Source: an uncultured Verrucomicrobiae bacterium (GTDB lineage: Bacteria; Verrucomicrobiota; Verrucomicrobiia; Palsa-1439). From it: a stretch of DNA of 64,000 nt. This document shows positions 30,593-40,866 of this stretch, in pieces (the first letter of the stretch is position 1; the number at the start of each line of letters is the position of its first letter). The translations under genes and the position numbers were made by a program. The notes beneath the pieces were generated by a model that did not search any database, was not told the origin of the DNA, and saw nothing but the letters and a program-made list of their open reading frames with translations. The stretch spans positions 128,001-192,000 of the forward strand of contig CAWEWF010000001.1 in the NCBI GenBank assembly GCA_963812605.1. Direction: 5' to 3'.

Positions 30593-31178
30593 TCAGTTGT
30601 CCTTCTCCGGATGGGTCGAGCGAACCGCGAGCGCCAGATCCAATAACTCGGAATCAATTTTCAGCACCGCGCCTTGCGCCGTCGCCACATTGATCTCGAA
30701 TCGCAATTTGCCGTCCTGCATCTTGAAGTTGATCATCCCGCCGTTTGCCAGGAATTCTTCGGTATCGCCCACAGTCAGGATATTCAATCCCTTAAGGGCG
30801 GTCAGGATTTGTGCATGGCGGGCTTGTTCAGAACGGCTGATAAAGAGAACCTGACAGTCCTTGAGATCCTCGACGCGCCGGGAGCGCTTAATTAGCAGCG
30901 TTCGACCGTTGATGGTTTTGTTCTTGATGAACCCTTCGAGAGCGTTGCCAAACGGATCTTCGCCCAGAATGCCGAAGACGATCGGGCTCTTCCGATACCG
31001 GAAACGCCGCCGCTGGCCACTCCACAAACTTGGCGAAATTGTATAGACAGGCCGCTTTCACCTGATACTCGAGTGATGGCGACTCAGCGCCACGGGCCTG
31101 TGTTCCGAGCGGAACTGCCGCACACGCGATGGCTGCCAGCAATCTCACGGTAGCCTTGAGATGGATCCATCGCGTCAT
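30593..31178 (-). CDS. YfiR family periplasmic protein, frameshift near 30995
   Basis: Signal peptide; EYQVKAACLYNFAKFVEWP then GILGEDPFG...LTVGD...GGMINF...RFEIN. Confidence 0.85.
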
Positions 31179-31180
31179 GG

Positions 31181-33223
31181 TCAAAACTTGTAGCTGCTCC
31201 GGAACCAAATCACGCGCCCCGTTTGCGGGATGATGTCGACCGTGCCGCCCGCGCTGGAGGGGACACCGGAATGTTGGTCGAAGAGATTCTCCACGCTCAA
31301 CAGGAACGTCCAATGCGGCAGGGCATTCTCCGACCGCAACGTGACCGTCGTGATGAAGGCGTCTTTCGTGTCCAAACCGGCAACGCGCGTGGGTAGATCA
31401 CTCACGAAGTTCTCACGGAGCGAAGCGGTGAGTTTCTCGCCGACGATTGGCGTTACAACACCGAGATTGGCGATCCACGCGGGACTGTTGATTGGCGGTC
31501 CAGCGCTGAAGTGCGATTGCTGCCAGGTGCCGTTGACAAAGCCTCGCACGCCATTGGTAAACTGCTTGTTCAATTCCGCTTCCAGACCGGTGGTTCGCAC
31601 GTTGAAGGCGTTATCGAAGATATTCTGGGTGAGATTTTGTACCTTCGCCGCGATGAGATCAGTCGCCTCGTTGTGAAACGCGGACAGACGGCCAAATAAT
31701 CCGTGGCGAAAATCCTGTTCCACCACCAGTTCGTAGGTCGCGATCTGTTCCGGTTTGATGTTTGGATTGGCGATACCCGTTCCGGAGCCGGCGGGATAGG
31801 TAGATTCATACTGGCTGGGAGTGCGGAATGCCTGCCCGTACAGCAGCTTCACGGTGGTTTGTGTGGTGGCCTTCCAGACCAAGGCCGCTCGCGGGGTGAA
31901 TCGGGACAGGGATGATTCCGGATAGGCATCATAACGGCCACCCACCGTCAGTGTTAGCGGCGGCAAGAAGTGGAACTCATCCTGCGCGTAGAAGGCATAG
32001 TAGGAGAAATCGTCATGCGTGCCGGGATATACGAAACTGATCGCGCCGGTGTCGTTCACGTAGTGCCCATTCAGGTCCGTCCAGTGATACTCGTAAACCG
32101 CGCCGAGGGTTAGTCGATGCTTGTCGAGCGGCTGCCAGTCAAACTGCGCCTCGTAGCCCAGCCAGCGGTCCAGGGTGTTTTCCGTATCCAACGTCAGCAC
32201 AGGATCGGCATAGGCGAACGTGCCGCGGTAGGGATAGTCCTCGTAATAGGCCCGCAACATCAGGGTCTTATTCTCGCTGAGTTCGTGTTGCCAGCGCACC
32301 TCGGCCAGATAGTAGGTATCCGCCGTTGTCGTGCGGTCATCGCCGACGATCGTACCGAACTGCCCGGTGGGGATTGTCTTCAGCCGGTCGGCGTACCACA
32401 GTTGGACGAACCAGTCCTGATACTGGGCTGACAGGAAAGCGTCCGCCAGGTGCTGCCCGTCCGCGTCGTGTGCCTTGCCAAACTGGCCAAAGCCGATGTT
32501 CTGCTGGCCTTCGTTTTCTTCGTAGTGCCCGCTCATCATCAAATCGAGACCCATCGGGAACTTGCTGCCATAGGTGAACACGCCGCGCCCGGATGGATTC
32601 GAGTCCACCGCGGCTGATACCGTGGCTCCGTTAACGTCAGCGCCGTTGCGGGTGATGATATTGACGATGCCAAACAACGCGCTGCTGCCGTACAGCGCCG
32701 ACGCGGGACCTTTGATGACTTCGATGCGGTCCACGGCATCCAGCAGATCCGGTGTTTCCTCGATGACGTATGAGTCGTAATACTTGTCATTGAGCGGCTG
32801 CCCGTTCAGCAGAAACAACACCCGGCTGTTGTAGTCGGTGGGAAGGCCCAGTCCGCGCACGCCTACGTACCCGTAACCGCGATCATCCGAGATGAAAAAC
32901 CCCGGCACGCTCGCCAATGCCTGCCCCAGCGTGCGATAACCATATTTCTGGATATCGTCATGGGTAATGACCGTCACAGCCGCGGGCGCCTCCGAAACTG
33001 TTTGCACGCGTCGGGACGCCGCATAGACCGGGATGTTGATCTCGAGCAGTTGCTTGAGATTGAGTTCGCCAAGTTCGTTGGTTGAAACGCTCCCGTCAGC
33101 GCTGACGGCCGGCCGTGTGATCCCCAGAAACAAAACGCATACACTCACAACGGTTGTCCCCCATAGCCCACGGCGATTGCTCCCCTTACAAAAACTACTG
33201 GCGTTATGATGTCTCAGGCCCAC
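31181..33223 (-). CDS. TonB-dependent receptor
   Basis: Plug motifs APAAVTVIT and IEVIKGPASALYG, beta-barrel, terminal SYKF; start uncertain (ORF open to 33547). Confidence 0.92.
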   Translation of the reverse strand: MGLRHHNASSFCKGSNRRGLWGTTVVSVCVLFLGITRPAVSADGSVSTNELGELNLKQLLEINIPVYAASRRVQTVSEAPAAVTVITHDDIQKYGYRTLGQALASVPGFFISDDRGYGYVGVRGLGLPTDYNSRVLFLLNGQPLNDKYYDSYVIEETPDLLDAVDRIEVIKGPASALYGSSALFGIVNIITRNGADVNGATVSAAVDSNPSGRGVFTYGSKFPMGLDLMMSGHYEENEGQQNIGFGQFGKAHDADGQHLADAFLSAQYQDWFVQLWYADRLKTIPTGQFGTIVGDDRTTTADTYYLAEVRWQHELSENKTLMLRAYYEDYPYRGTFAYADPVLTLDTENTLDRWLGYEAQFDWQPLDKHRLTLGAVYEYHWTDLNGHYVNDTGAISFVYPGTHDDFSYYAFYAQDEFHFLPPLTLTVGGRYDAYPESSLSRFTPRAALVWKATTQTTVKLLYGQAFRTPSQYESTYPAGSGTGIANPNIKPEQIATYELVVEQDFRHGLFGRLSAFHNEATDLIAAKVQNLTQNIFDNAFNVRTTGLEAELNKQFTNGVRGFVNGTWQQSHFSAGPPINSPAWIANLGVVTPIVGEKLTASLRENFVSDLPTRVAGLDTKDAFITTVTLRSENALPHWTFLLSVENLFDQHSGVPSSAGGTVDIIPQTGRVIWFRSSYKF

Positions 33224-34290
33224 GCAAATCCCAGATCCAGTGATTGGCGCAATGCCAGCCACGAGTGGTAAGCCTTCGGGGCAACCCGCGATTCCAGGAC
33301 GGTTCAAGATTCTGTAACCTCCGGGGCAACCCCCTTCTTTCTTTCCGGCGGAGATGACCTCACAGCGTTGTAGTAGCTTCGTTTCGTTTATGACGTGACT
33401 AGAACTAGCAGGACACAGACCAAAATAGGCTGGGCGATATAGGGTGTTCACCCCATGGTAGATTTCAGGAATCCAGCCTGAAAGTATGTCAGCGTGGCCA
33501 TGGACTTGGAGTAGGAGCGAGAGAGATACCAAGCCGACAAGAAACACGAACTCTACCTCGCCGGTGGATTGACGGTGCCCAGTTCACGGAACGCTACCAA
33601 CCTTTAGATGATAGGAAACGCTAGATTGAGGAAGAGCTTCTTTAAGTTGAAGCGGAGGCTGACCTGATTATGGACGGTGTTACGAGCACTAATGACTGGT
33701 CTTTGACTCAGTTGGCCATGTCATGGCCCCCGCGCTGTCAGGCAGTTCGGCTGAACATCCACAGGCAACTGAGAAATAATATTAACCCAATCAACACCAC
33801 CAAGCCTTTCTGGGAGCGAATGTCCAGAGTCGAAGTTAGGTTTGGAAAAACACGCAGCAAGCGGTTGTATCGGGTACTCTCGGATTTGCCTTGCACTCGG
33901 TTCCTACAAGCGATCACCCAAGCCAGAGCGATCAGTCGCTTCTCGGTGCGGGTATATGCGGCTAGGTCAGAATTTCCGGACTTCTTTGTTGTTGCCATAC
34001 GGCTTTCTCCCCACCCGCGTTTCACTTTGAGGACCCGCCCTTCTTGAGGCGTATTGCGCACGCAAGTATGACCATTTCTGAAAAACTGTCAATCTAACAA
34101 TCGTCCTGCAAGGCATATTTTTACTGCCTTAACAGCCGATGCGCTGCCACAGCCCAGAATCCATAACAACGATTCCGGGCAGTTCGCGCCTTGCCCACCG
34201 CTGCCGAATGGCGTTTAGCGCAACCAGATTTGAGCCAATGGACTTTCGCGGTTGTTGGCGGTAGACTTTAAAAAGAAAGAGAGGTTGTCG

Positions 34291-34527
34291 ATGAAGAATC
34301 CTACCGAAGAACAAGTCAGGAAACGCGCTTATGAAATTTATATGAGACAGGAAAACCACGGAAAAGACGTGGACAACTGGCTGGAGGCCGAACGCGAACT
34401 CAAGCTAATGCCAGAAGTTGACGCACCAGAAGCAACCGTTGCAAAACGAGAATCGACTAGAGGGGGGGAAGATGTGAACGCCACAGTCAGTTCGGGACGG
34501 AAGGAAGAATTCAAAAAAGGGTTCTGA
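34291..34527 (+). CDS. DUF2934-like small protein
   Basis: EEQVRKRAYEIY...G...DNWLEAEREL; GAGG upstream. Confidence 0.75.
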   Translation: MKNPTEEQVRKRAYEIYMRQENHGKDVDNWLEAERELKLMPEVDAPEATVAKRESTRGGEDVNATVSSGRKEEFKKGF

Positions 34528-34653
34528 CAGGCTGAACTTTGCTTCGATTGCGAATACCCGCGACTATAAAGGGGATCAGAGGCAAACCACGCCAAAGCCA
34601 CACAACTTTTCGTGTAAATGCGACGACAGCGAAGCCAAGCGCAGCGTGTAGCG

Positions 34654-34743
34654 GATGGTCAACTGGACACTACTCTCGATGATTCCCGCCGCGATGGCAT
34701 AGCGGGTGAGACCGGAGATCTCGTGGATGTTGAGTTTTGCCAT
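34654..34743 (-). pseudogene. C-terminal fragment of a LuxR/NarL-type regulator
   Basis: Translates MAKLNIHEISGLTRYAIAAGIIESSVQLTI, a typical LuxR tail; the rest of the gene is absent. Confidence 0.6.
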
Positions 34744-34825
34744 GACCGAAGACGCGCCCTAGTCCACTCGGGTAAACTCCGCGACTGCCGTTGCCAAATC
34801 GCATCCCTGCTGGTTTACTGCGGCG

Positions 34826-35560
34826 ATGCAGTTGAGTCTTTTCAAGAGCCTGCACCCAAAGCGCCCGTGCGTGCCTGCGGTGCTGACAGTCGGCTCGCAT
34901 TCGGTGAGCGTCCTCTTCGTCCGCAATCCCCGCGCCCGTCGGTACATCCTCCGCATCGACCTAACTGGCGCGGTGCGGGTCACACTCCCAACACGCGGTT
35001 CACAGGCGGAAGCGTGGAATTTCGTGCGCCGCAAAACCGGGTGGATCAAGGAACGCATCGAGCAACACCTGACGCAGCCGCCGCGTCCGACAATCTGGGG
35101 CCACGGTACCGAGTTGCTCTTCCGCGAGGACATTGTACAACTGGCAATTCACTCCAACGCTCAAAGCAAGGCCGTTGAGTTCGCCGACCAGCGGATCGAT
35201 GTCGCGTCGGAAGCCGATGCGCGTTGCGTGGTGGAGAGGCACTTATGGAGTCTTGCACGGCAGGAGTTGACTGTCCGCACGACTGAATTGGCTTCGGAAC
35301 ACGGTTTGATGGTGAAGCACATCACGGTTCGCAATCAGAGGTCGCGCTGGGGATCCTGTTCCCGCCGTGGAACCATCTCCTTGAACTGGCGATTGATTCA
35401 GGCACCTGCGTATGTTCGCGACTACATCATCCTACACGAATTGATGCACCTGCGGGAACACAACCATTCGAGCAAATTCTGGAAGCAGGTCGAAACGGTG
35501 TGTCCTGATTACGAGGTCGCGGAGAAGTGGCTGAGACAGCATCGGCAATTGCTGGGATAG
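34826..35560 (+). CDS. M48/SprT-like metalloprotein (YgjP/DUF45 family)
   Basis: RNQRSRWGSCS, LNWRL, YIILHELMHL, NHSSKFW; N-terminal QLSLF. Confidence 0.9.
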   Translation: MQLSLFKSLHPKRPCVPAVLTVGSHSVSVLFVRNPRARRYILRIDLTGAVRVTLPTRGSQAEAWNFVRRKTGWIKERIEQHLTQPPRPTIWGHGTELLFREDIVQLAIHSNAQSKAVEFADQRIDVASEADARCVVERHLWSLARQELTVRTTELASEHGLMVKHITVRNQRSRWGSCSRRGTISLNWRLIQAPAYVRDYIILHELMHLREHNHSSKFWKQVETVCPDYEVAEKWLRQHRQLLG

Positions 35561-35618
35561 ATGTCACCCCGTCAACGCCCCTAGACAGGCAATCTGATGG
35601 CGTGGTAAAAACACCCCA

Positions 35619-35825
35619 ATGAAAAACAAAGCCCTCCATAGAGAACTAAAGAAAGAACGGAAATCACTGCTGATAAGACTCGCTAAGGTCACCGGAATAA
35701 TCCAGGAACTGTTCGGTCCGAGCGAGTCCCCCAAGAAACGAAAGAAGATGTCAGCAAAGGGTCGGGCGGCAATCGTTAAGGCGCAGCGTGCGCGGTGGGC
35801 GAAGATCAAAGCCGCCAAGAAGTAG
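35619..35825 (+). CDS. Small basic protein
   Basis: 68 aa, Lys/Arg rich, KMSAKGRAAIVKAQRARWAKIK tail. Confidence 0.65.
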   Translation: MKNKALHRELKKERKSLLIRLAKVTGIIQELFGPSESPKKRKKMSAKGRAAIVKAQRARWAKIKAAKK

Positions 35826-35891
35826 CCCAAGGCGTGAAATGCTTCGGGATTTCATCGAGTGGCGTGCGCCCAAGGTGGGTGAAGGTAGTGC

Positions 35892-36083
35892 ATGAATCAA
35901 CGTACGACACTGCTGACCTGCAAATGCCTCGGTTGTCGAACTGAAATTACCAAACCAGTTTCATGGTTTAAGAAGGTTAACTTCAAATGTCCACACTGTG
36001 ATGGGCTAATTGACGAAACGCCGCTCAAGGAATTATCTACGCATGGCGCAGCGAGCCTTAAAGTGGGGGTGCGTAGGATATGA
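35892..36083 (+). CDS. Small zinc-ribbon protein
   Basis: CLGC...VSWF...CPHCDGLID; overlaps the next gene by 4 bp. Confidence 0.55.
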   Translation: MNQRTTLLTCKCLGCRTEITKPVSWFKKVNFKCPHCDGLIDETPLKELSTHGAASLKVGVRRI

Positions 36084-36622
36084 ACGAACGCACAATCCTG
36101 ATCAACCGCGCCCCAGTCTTGACCCTTTGGGCAAGTATTCTTGCCGAGCGTCTTGGGTTCGACCGTAACGAAGCGCTGTCGCTTGGCAAGGCCGTTGCGG
36201 GCATGACCGCGCAGAGTAAAGGTAGAAAGCTCGGCATCTATAAGCCAATGCCGAAGGAGATCAAAAAGGCACGGGCACAAAAACGAGGCGAGGAGTTCCT
36301 CATTGAGATTTGCGGAAGACCCGTGCCTGCCATTAACACAGCCGACGGCGTCCGTGCTGTAAACAAGAACAAACCCGTCGAGCCCGAAGGCGCAGAACGA
36401 TACTTGGAAAGCAAATTTGGCAACGAACTTGGTGCGGCCCGAAAAGCGATGCAGGCTCTCGCTAAAGCCTTCAAGCCGGGCGAGCTAACGGAAAAATCGT
36501 TCCGACTGTACGAACAGTTCCGCCCATCAATCCCGGAAGGCGTCGCTGGGTGGGGTGCAAAAGGGAAATTGGATCTTGATCGGATTGGAAGGTTGGCATG
36601 CAAATCGAATCCGATCTCATGA
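36080..36622 (+). CDS. Conserved hypothetical protein
   Basis: 180-aa ORF with INRAPVLTLWA...YEQFRP...GWGAKG; no function recognised. Confidence 0.7.
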   Translation: MNERTILINRAPVLTLWASILAERLGFDRNEALSLGKAVAGMTAQSKGRKLGIYKPMPKEIKKARAQKRGEEFLIEICGRPVPAINTADGVRAVNKNKPVEPEGAERYLESKFGNELGAARKAMQALAKAFKPGELTEKSFRLYEQFRPSIPEGVAGWGAKGKLDLDRIGRLACKSNPIS

Positions 36623-36822
36623 CCAAGGCCTCGGCTATCTGCAGAGCGGCGACAAGCCTCCGCGATGTCATCGCACACCGATGTTGAGCCCGTAGGCCAC
36701 GATCCACCATGACCGCTACGATGCCCGCCACGCTTCGCCAGAAGCCGACAGGGGCACGATTGCGTCGCCGAAGAGAAACCCCATCTGCGCCGAAATCGAG
36801 TGCAAGAAATTCTGAGCCGAAC

Positions 36823-36846
36823 GTGTTGCAATGTTTTGTTGCAATG
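36823..36846 (+). repeat. Candidate integrase arm-type site pair, island 1 right end
   Basis: GTGTTGCAATGTTTTGTTGCAATG; matches 9547-9570 at 23/24. Confidence 0.75.
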
Positions 36847-36974
36847 TCGTGACTGAATTTGAGTAGTTTCAGGCAAACGCAAGTAAAGCTTGAAGATGAA
36901 GAAAACCCGCAGGTCTATTGGTTTTGTTGATTCAAGCGAAGACGAGCAAACACAGGCTAAGAATGTCGGCGGGA

Positions 36975-37014
<40 letters not shown>

Positions 37015-37043
37015 CTCAATGTCTTACAAAAGATTTTCAACCC

Positions 37044-37067
37044 GCTTATCACCCAAACCTGTCACCC
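37044..37067 (+). repeat. Candidate arm-type site pair, island 2 left end
   Basis: GCTTATCACCCAAACCTGTCACCC; 22/24 identical copy at 51267-51290. Confidence 0.75.
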
Positions 37068-37101
37068 GACGCCCGGGACGGGCGCTCTTGTATAATGCTC
37101 C

Positions 37102-37230
37102 GTGAAGCCCGGAACTGTCAAACGCGGGGACTGGAAACAGGCGTTAAAGCGCGTCGGGGACAACCTGTATCGTTCCGACGCGACTGAAATCTACTATGCC
37201 ATCTTCAAGCGGAACGGCAAGCAGATACCC
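37102..37230 (+). pseudogene. Integrase N-terminal remnant
   Basis: LKRVGDNLYRSDATEIYYAIFKRNGKQI aligns with LVHVGDCLYRSSRTDVYYAIFQRDGKQV of the intact integrase, then homology stops. Confidence 0.85.
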
Positions 37231-37428
37231 AAGCTGGATCTCCTCGGCGGTCCGCGCGTTGGCGATGGCTGCTCGCCCACCGCGTCCACCGGCCGTTTGT
37301 CCTTCTTGGTCATCCCGGCCACGAACCGCCTGCTGGCCGCATTCGGGACCGGAATCGAGGTGTCGCCAGACTGAGGGGCACGGATTCAAATTGCGCGGCG
37401 ATGCGGGGGCGGATTGTCCAAGGCGGAA

Positions 37429-38025
37429 TCATTGCTTCGTCTGATCGTAAGTCACGAGATGTGATTCGTCCGCGAGGAATCGTTTCACGTCCTCGTCGCT
37501 TAGATGCGGATCGTTCTTTGCCATTACCTTCGCCAAGGACTCGAAGCCCGAAAACCAGTCCTCGCTCAGGTTGCGCTTCCGTACGTCGTCGGCGTACGGC
37601 TTGCATGCGATCCACCAGCGATCCACATAAAAGCCCAGTTGCCCACCCACCAAGTCCCGGTCTATCAGGTCACGGCTGAAGAGAGCACCGATGTCATCGA
37701 AGGTGTCCAACACCGTCGTGTCGATTTCGTCGAATTTTTTTGGGTCGTACTGTGGGGTTAGTTGTTTCGCCAACATCCGCCTGGCACGCTTCATTTCATC
37801 AGAGTCAAATCGTTGTTGAATCTCCAGCCAGGTCTGCACGCCGAGTTGGGTTGCGCTCGCCTCCTTGGAGTCCAGGGCCATCTGATGGGTCTCGCTAACC
37901 ATGTTGCGCGTCTCCGCCGCCATCCGGTGGTTCTCCAGCGCCAACCAGATCGTCGCCGCGGCAAGGATAATGGTAGCGATTTCGAGAGTGTACTCGAAAA
38001 TCCACGAAGACCCGCGTTGCTTCAT
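37429..38025 (-). CDS. Hypothetical protein with N-terminal TM (DUF4760-like)
   Basis: TM helix, then RFDSDEMKRARR...LDTFDDIGALFSRDLIDRDLV. Confidence 0.55.
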   Translation of the reverse strand: MKQRGSSWIFEYTLEIATIILAAATIWLALENHRMAAETRNMVSETHQMALDSKEASATQLGVQTWLEIQQRFDSDEMKRARRMLAKQLTPQYDPKKFDEIDTTVLDTFDDIGALFSRDLIDRDLVGGQLGFYVDRWWIACKPYADDVRKRNLSEDWFSGFESLAKVMAKNDPHLSDEDVKRFLADESHLVTYDQTKQ

Positions 38026-38114
38026 AACGAGAAGTCTACTGACCTGCGTCTACGTTGGCAAGACATCGAACGAACCACGTCACCGTACGGGCGACAACGC
38101 GTTCGGGCGCTTCG

Positions 38115-38804
38115 CTACTTCGCATTCGCTTCACGGGCGGCCTTCAACAACTCTGTAGCACTCAGTCGCACCTTGTAATTCGGGTCCCAGTGCGCAAAGG
38201 CAATGCGCCCGTTCTTGCCCACAATGTATACTGCCGGCACTGGCAACCAAAAATGCCCTTCGTATTGCGCGGTGAGCGGGACCTTGTAGTTCCTATACTT
38301 CTCAAGCGTCGCATCGTCCAAACCATAGGCCAGGCCGAAAGCTCCCGTGGCCTGCATGTCTGCATCCGAGAGGAGCGTATACTCCAAGTGGTCGTGATCC
38401 GCCGTGGCGCGAAGTGCCGCTACTGGGTCTGGACTGATCGCGACAATGCGATACCCAAGCGCGAGTAAATCCTTCTCGGCTTTCTGCACGTCCGCCAGGT
38501 GCGCATTGCAAAAGGGACACCATCCGCCACGATAAAAGATAACGACAGTGGGCTGCGCCAATGTTTCAGCCTTGAGGGCAAACTTCTTTCCGTCAACTGT
38601 CTGAAGTGTGACATCCGGCACCGCCGCGCCCTTGTCAAGCGGGTGTACCTTCTCGGGCGACTCAGCCAATTCCGCACGCCCCATTAATGGGACCAGTGCA
38701 ATTGCGCCGACGCCGGCCGATGCTTCCCCAGCCGATTCCGCTCGCCCCATTAACGGCAACAGCGCAACTGCGACAATTATAGAAATTAATACACAACGGT
38801 TCAT
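38115..38804 (-). CDS. Exported peroxiredoxin-like protein (AhpC/TSA)
   Basis: Signal peptide; FYRGGWCPFC, VAISPD, LPVPAVYIV. Confidence 0.88.
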   Translation of the reverse strand: MNRCVLISIIVAVALLPLMGRAESAGEASAGVGAIALVPLMGRAELAESPEKVHPLDKGAAVPDVTLQTVDGKKFALKAETLAQPTVVIFYRGGWCPFCNAHLADVQKAEKDLLALGYRIVAISPDPVAALRATADHDHLEYTLLSDADMQATGAFGLAYGLDDATLEKYRNYKVPLTAQYEGHFWLPVPAVYIVGKNGRIAFAHWDPNYKVRLSATELLKAAREANAK

Positions 38805-38972
38805 GATAAACATATCCTTTCGATGCTTCCATGCTTGGCCCGATTCCATAGAATGTCCTGCAATCTCCTGCTCCCAGGAAGTACGGACGCTATCGGGCGC
38901 CTCGGGCTTCGTGATCGGCTTCAAAGTGCTGCGAAGTCGCACATCACTTCGCGTCTGCACAATGAGCTTATT

Positions 38973-39510
38973 TCATTTGGGGACTCTTTCCGGTATGGTT
39001 ATAAAGCGTCGCTCATTTTTCGCCCCTTGCATACCCGTTTCCGTTTCACGACGGCGGCGGAGTTTCCCAACCAATCCGTCCGCCGAAAACTTGCCGGGGC
39101 CAAAAACCAGCACGAGCACCGAGGTCAGTAGAAACAAGAATTCGTCCGCGGACAAAAAGGCATCGGGTTTGCTAAAGATGTTCTTCACGGTGTCCGTATC
39201 CGCCGTGAGATAGGCCACGATCATGACGCAAATCAACGGAATCGTCATGATGCGCGACCCCAATCCAAGAAGTAGCAGGAGGCCGCCAAAGCATTCCGTA
39301 CTGCCAGCCAATGCGGCGTTCAGTTTGGGCATGGGGATGTGCAGCGTCGCGAAGTAGCCGGCGATCTTCTCCAAATGCATCAGTTTGCCCTTGCCTGTTT
39401 GGAAGAATTGCCAGCCGAAATACAGCCGCAAGGATCAACAGCAACGGCGATTGGAGCTTCGCGAGCAAGCCCAAATAAATGTCATACATACCAGCCAACT
39501 TTGCTTTCAT
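38973..39510 (-). CDS. DoxX family membrane protein, frameshift near 39435
   Basis: LQSPLLLI/LRLYFGWQFFQTGKGKL...ECFGGLLLLLGL...GPGKFSAD. Confidence 0.85.
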
Positions 39511-39775
39511 GTGTTTGCCTCCTGAAGGATTACATGAATGTGGTTATGCGTTCCGCGCGCGCGTCTCATCGAGAAAGGCTCTGCTGTTCCGGTCTCGGCT
39601 TTGCACCACTCGCGTAGGAAAGTTGCCAGTTCACGTTCGGACCGGCGGATGCGTGTCACAATGAGTCGCTCGGGATCATCGCGAAATATCTCCTTCGGTG
39701 CTTCGTCCCATCCGAAACTCTCGTACAATCTTGAAGTGTAATTGGCGTGATCATGGGTCACTTCCTGCCTGGACA

Positions 39776-40477
39776 TCAGGTGGCGCAAAACTCCGTGAAC
39801 GCCGCCGCGGTTTCGGCAAATCGAGGGCGGGCCTCGATGTACGGTGACAATTCTTTCCGCAAGATCAGCCGCGCCCGGTGGAGCCGGCTCTTCACGGCTG
39901 GAACACCTTCGTGTGTAAGTTCCGCGATCGCGGCCAGGGAAAGTCCCTCCACGTCCGCCAGGATCACGGTTGTGCGGTGAGATTCGGACAGCGAGTCGAT
40001 CGCTCGGCGCATGTGTTCGCCCAGTTCACTCTGCAGTAACGCCGCATCAGGGCGTTCATCATGATTGTCTTGCACGATGAAATCGGGGTTTTCAAAGCTA
40101 TCGAGGGAAACGAACTGGCGCAAACCCCGCTGTTTGCGAAGTTGCATCAATGCGGCGTTTGCGGTGACTCGATACAGCCATGTCCCCAACTTGGCCTGGC
40201 CTCGATACGTGTCGACCTTGTTCCAGACGGCGATGAGGGCGTCCTGTACGACTTCTCGCGCGCCATCCTCGCTCCGCATAAAACGCATGGCCACGCTGTA
40301 CATCATGGAGCCGTGTCGTTCCAACAAATCGGGCAAAGCCGTCTTGTCGCGCATCCTGAGCCGACCTGCCAGTGCGCCATCATTATCGACGGATGGTTTT
40401 GATTCGACACGCTCCATGAACATGGCTCCCTGTATCTTTGGAACTTTCTCGACGGATTTGATGGTGCTACCTGCCAT
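39776..40477 (-). CDS. ECF sigma factor
   Basis: Region 2 EVVQDA...TWLYRVTANAA; region 4 EGLSLAAIA...AVKSRLHRAR. Confidence 0.9.
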   Translation of the reverse strand: MAGSTIKSVEKVPKIQGAMFMERVESKPSVDNDGALAGRLRMRDKTALPDLLERHGSMMYSVAMRFMRSEDGAREVVQDALIAVWNKVDTYRGQAKLGTWLYRVTANAALMQLRKQRGLRQFVSLDSFENPDFIVQDNHDERPDAALLQSELGEHMRRAIDSLSESHRTTVILADVEGLSLAAIAELTHEGVPAVKSRLHRARLILRKELSPYIEARPRFAETAAAFTEFCAT

Positions 40478-40491
40478 TGCGGTGTTCCTTG

Positions 40492-40794
40492 TTACATCGG
40501 CGCGAGTTCAACCGCTGTTGTGCGCACCGCAAGAATCGCGACCCTGGTATTGTAGAGCGCCACCGAAGCCGGTTGCACTTCAGGCGGAATAACTCTCTGG
40601 CGAACCCCCAGCAATGAAATCTTTGCAGATTGGTCCCGGGGAGACTCTGTCGGTGCTGGCGACGCAGTCTCGGTCACGGAGAACCCGATCAATGCCGTCC
40701 GTGTGTTATAACACATAGCCTCGCGCGCCTGGGTTGTCCGGCTCACTGCACCAAAAGCCAGACCTGCAACTATGATCAAGATTGAGCGTTTCAT
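40492..40794 (-). CDS. Hypothetical exported protein
   Basis: AAGGAG RBS, signal peptide, internal YNTR motif twice. Confidence 0.55.
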   Translation of the reverse strand: MKRSILIIVAGLAFGAVSRTTQAREAMCYNTRTALIGFSVTETASPAPTESPRDQSAKISLLGVRQRVIPPEVQPASVALYNTRVAILAVRTTAVELAPM

Positions 40795-40837
40795 TTTGTT
40801 CTCCTTTGTGGTTTTGGGTGATTCATATGCTCGGAGA

Positions 40838-40866
40838 TTGGTCGGTGAGTCCGCGCGAACCTTACA
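40838..40866 (-). promoter_or_regulatory. ECF-type promoter copy A
   Basis: TGTAAGGT-N13-CCGACCAA upstream of 40794. Confidence 0.75.

Noticed and set aside
33550-34250. ORFs or ncRNA in the AT-richer gap upstream of the TonB-dependent receptor
   Set aside because: Only short motif-less ORFs on both strands and no convincing structure by eye.
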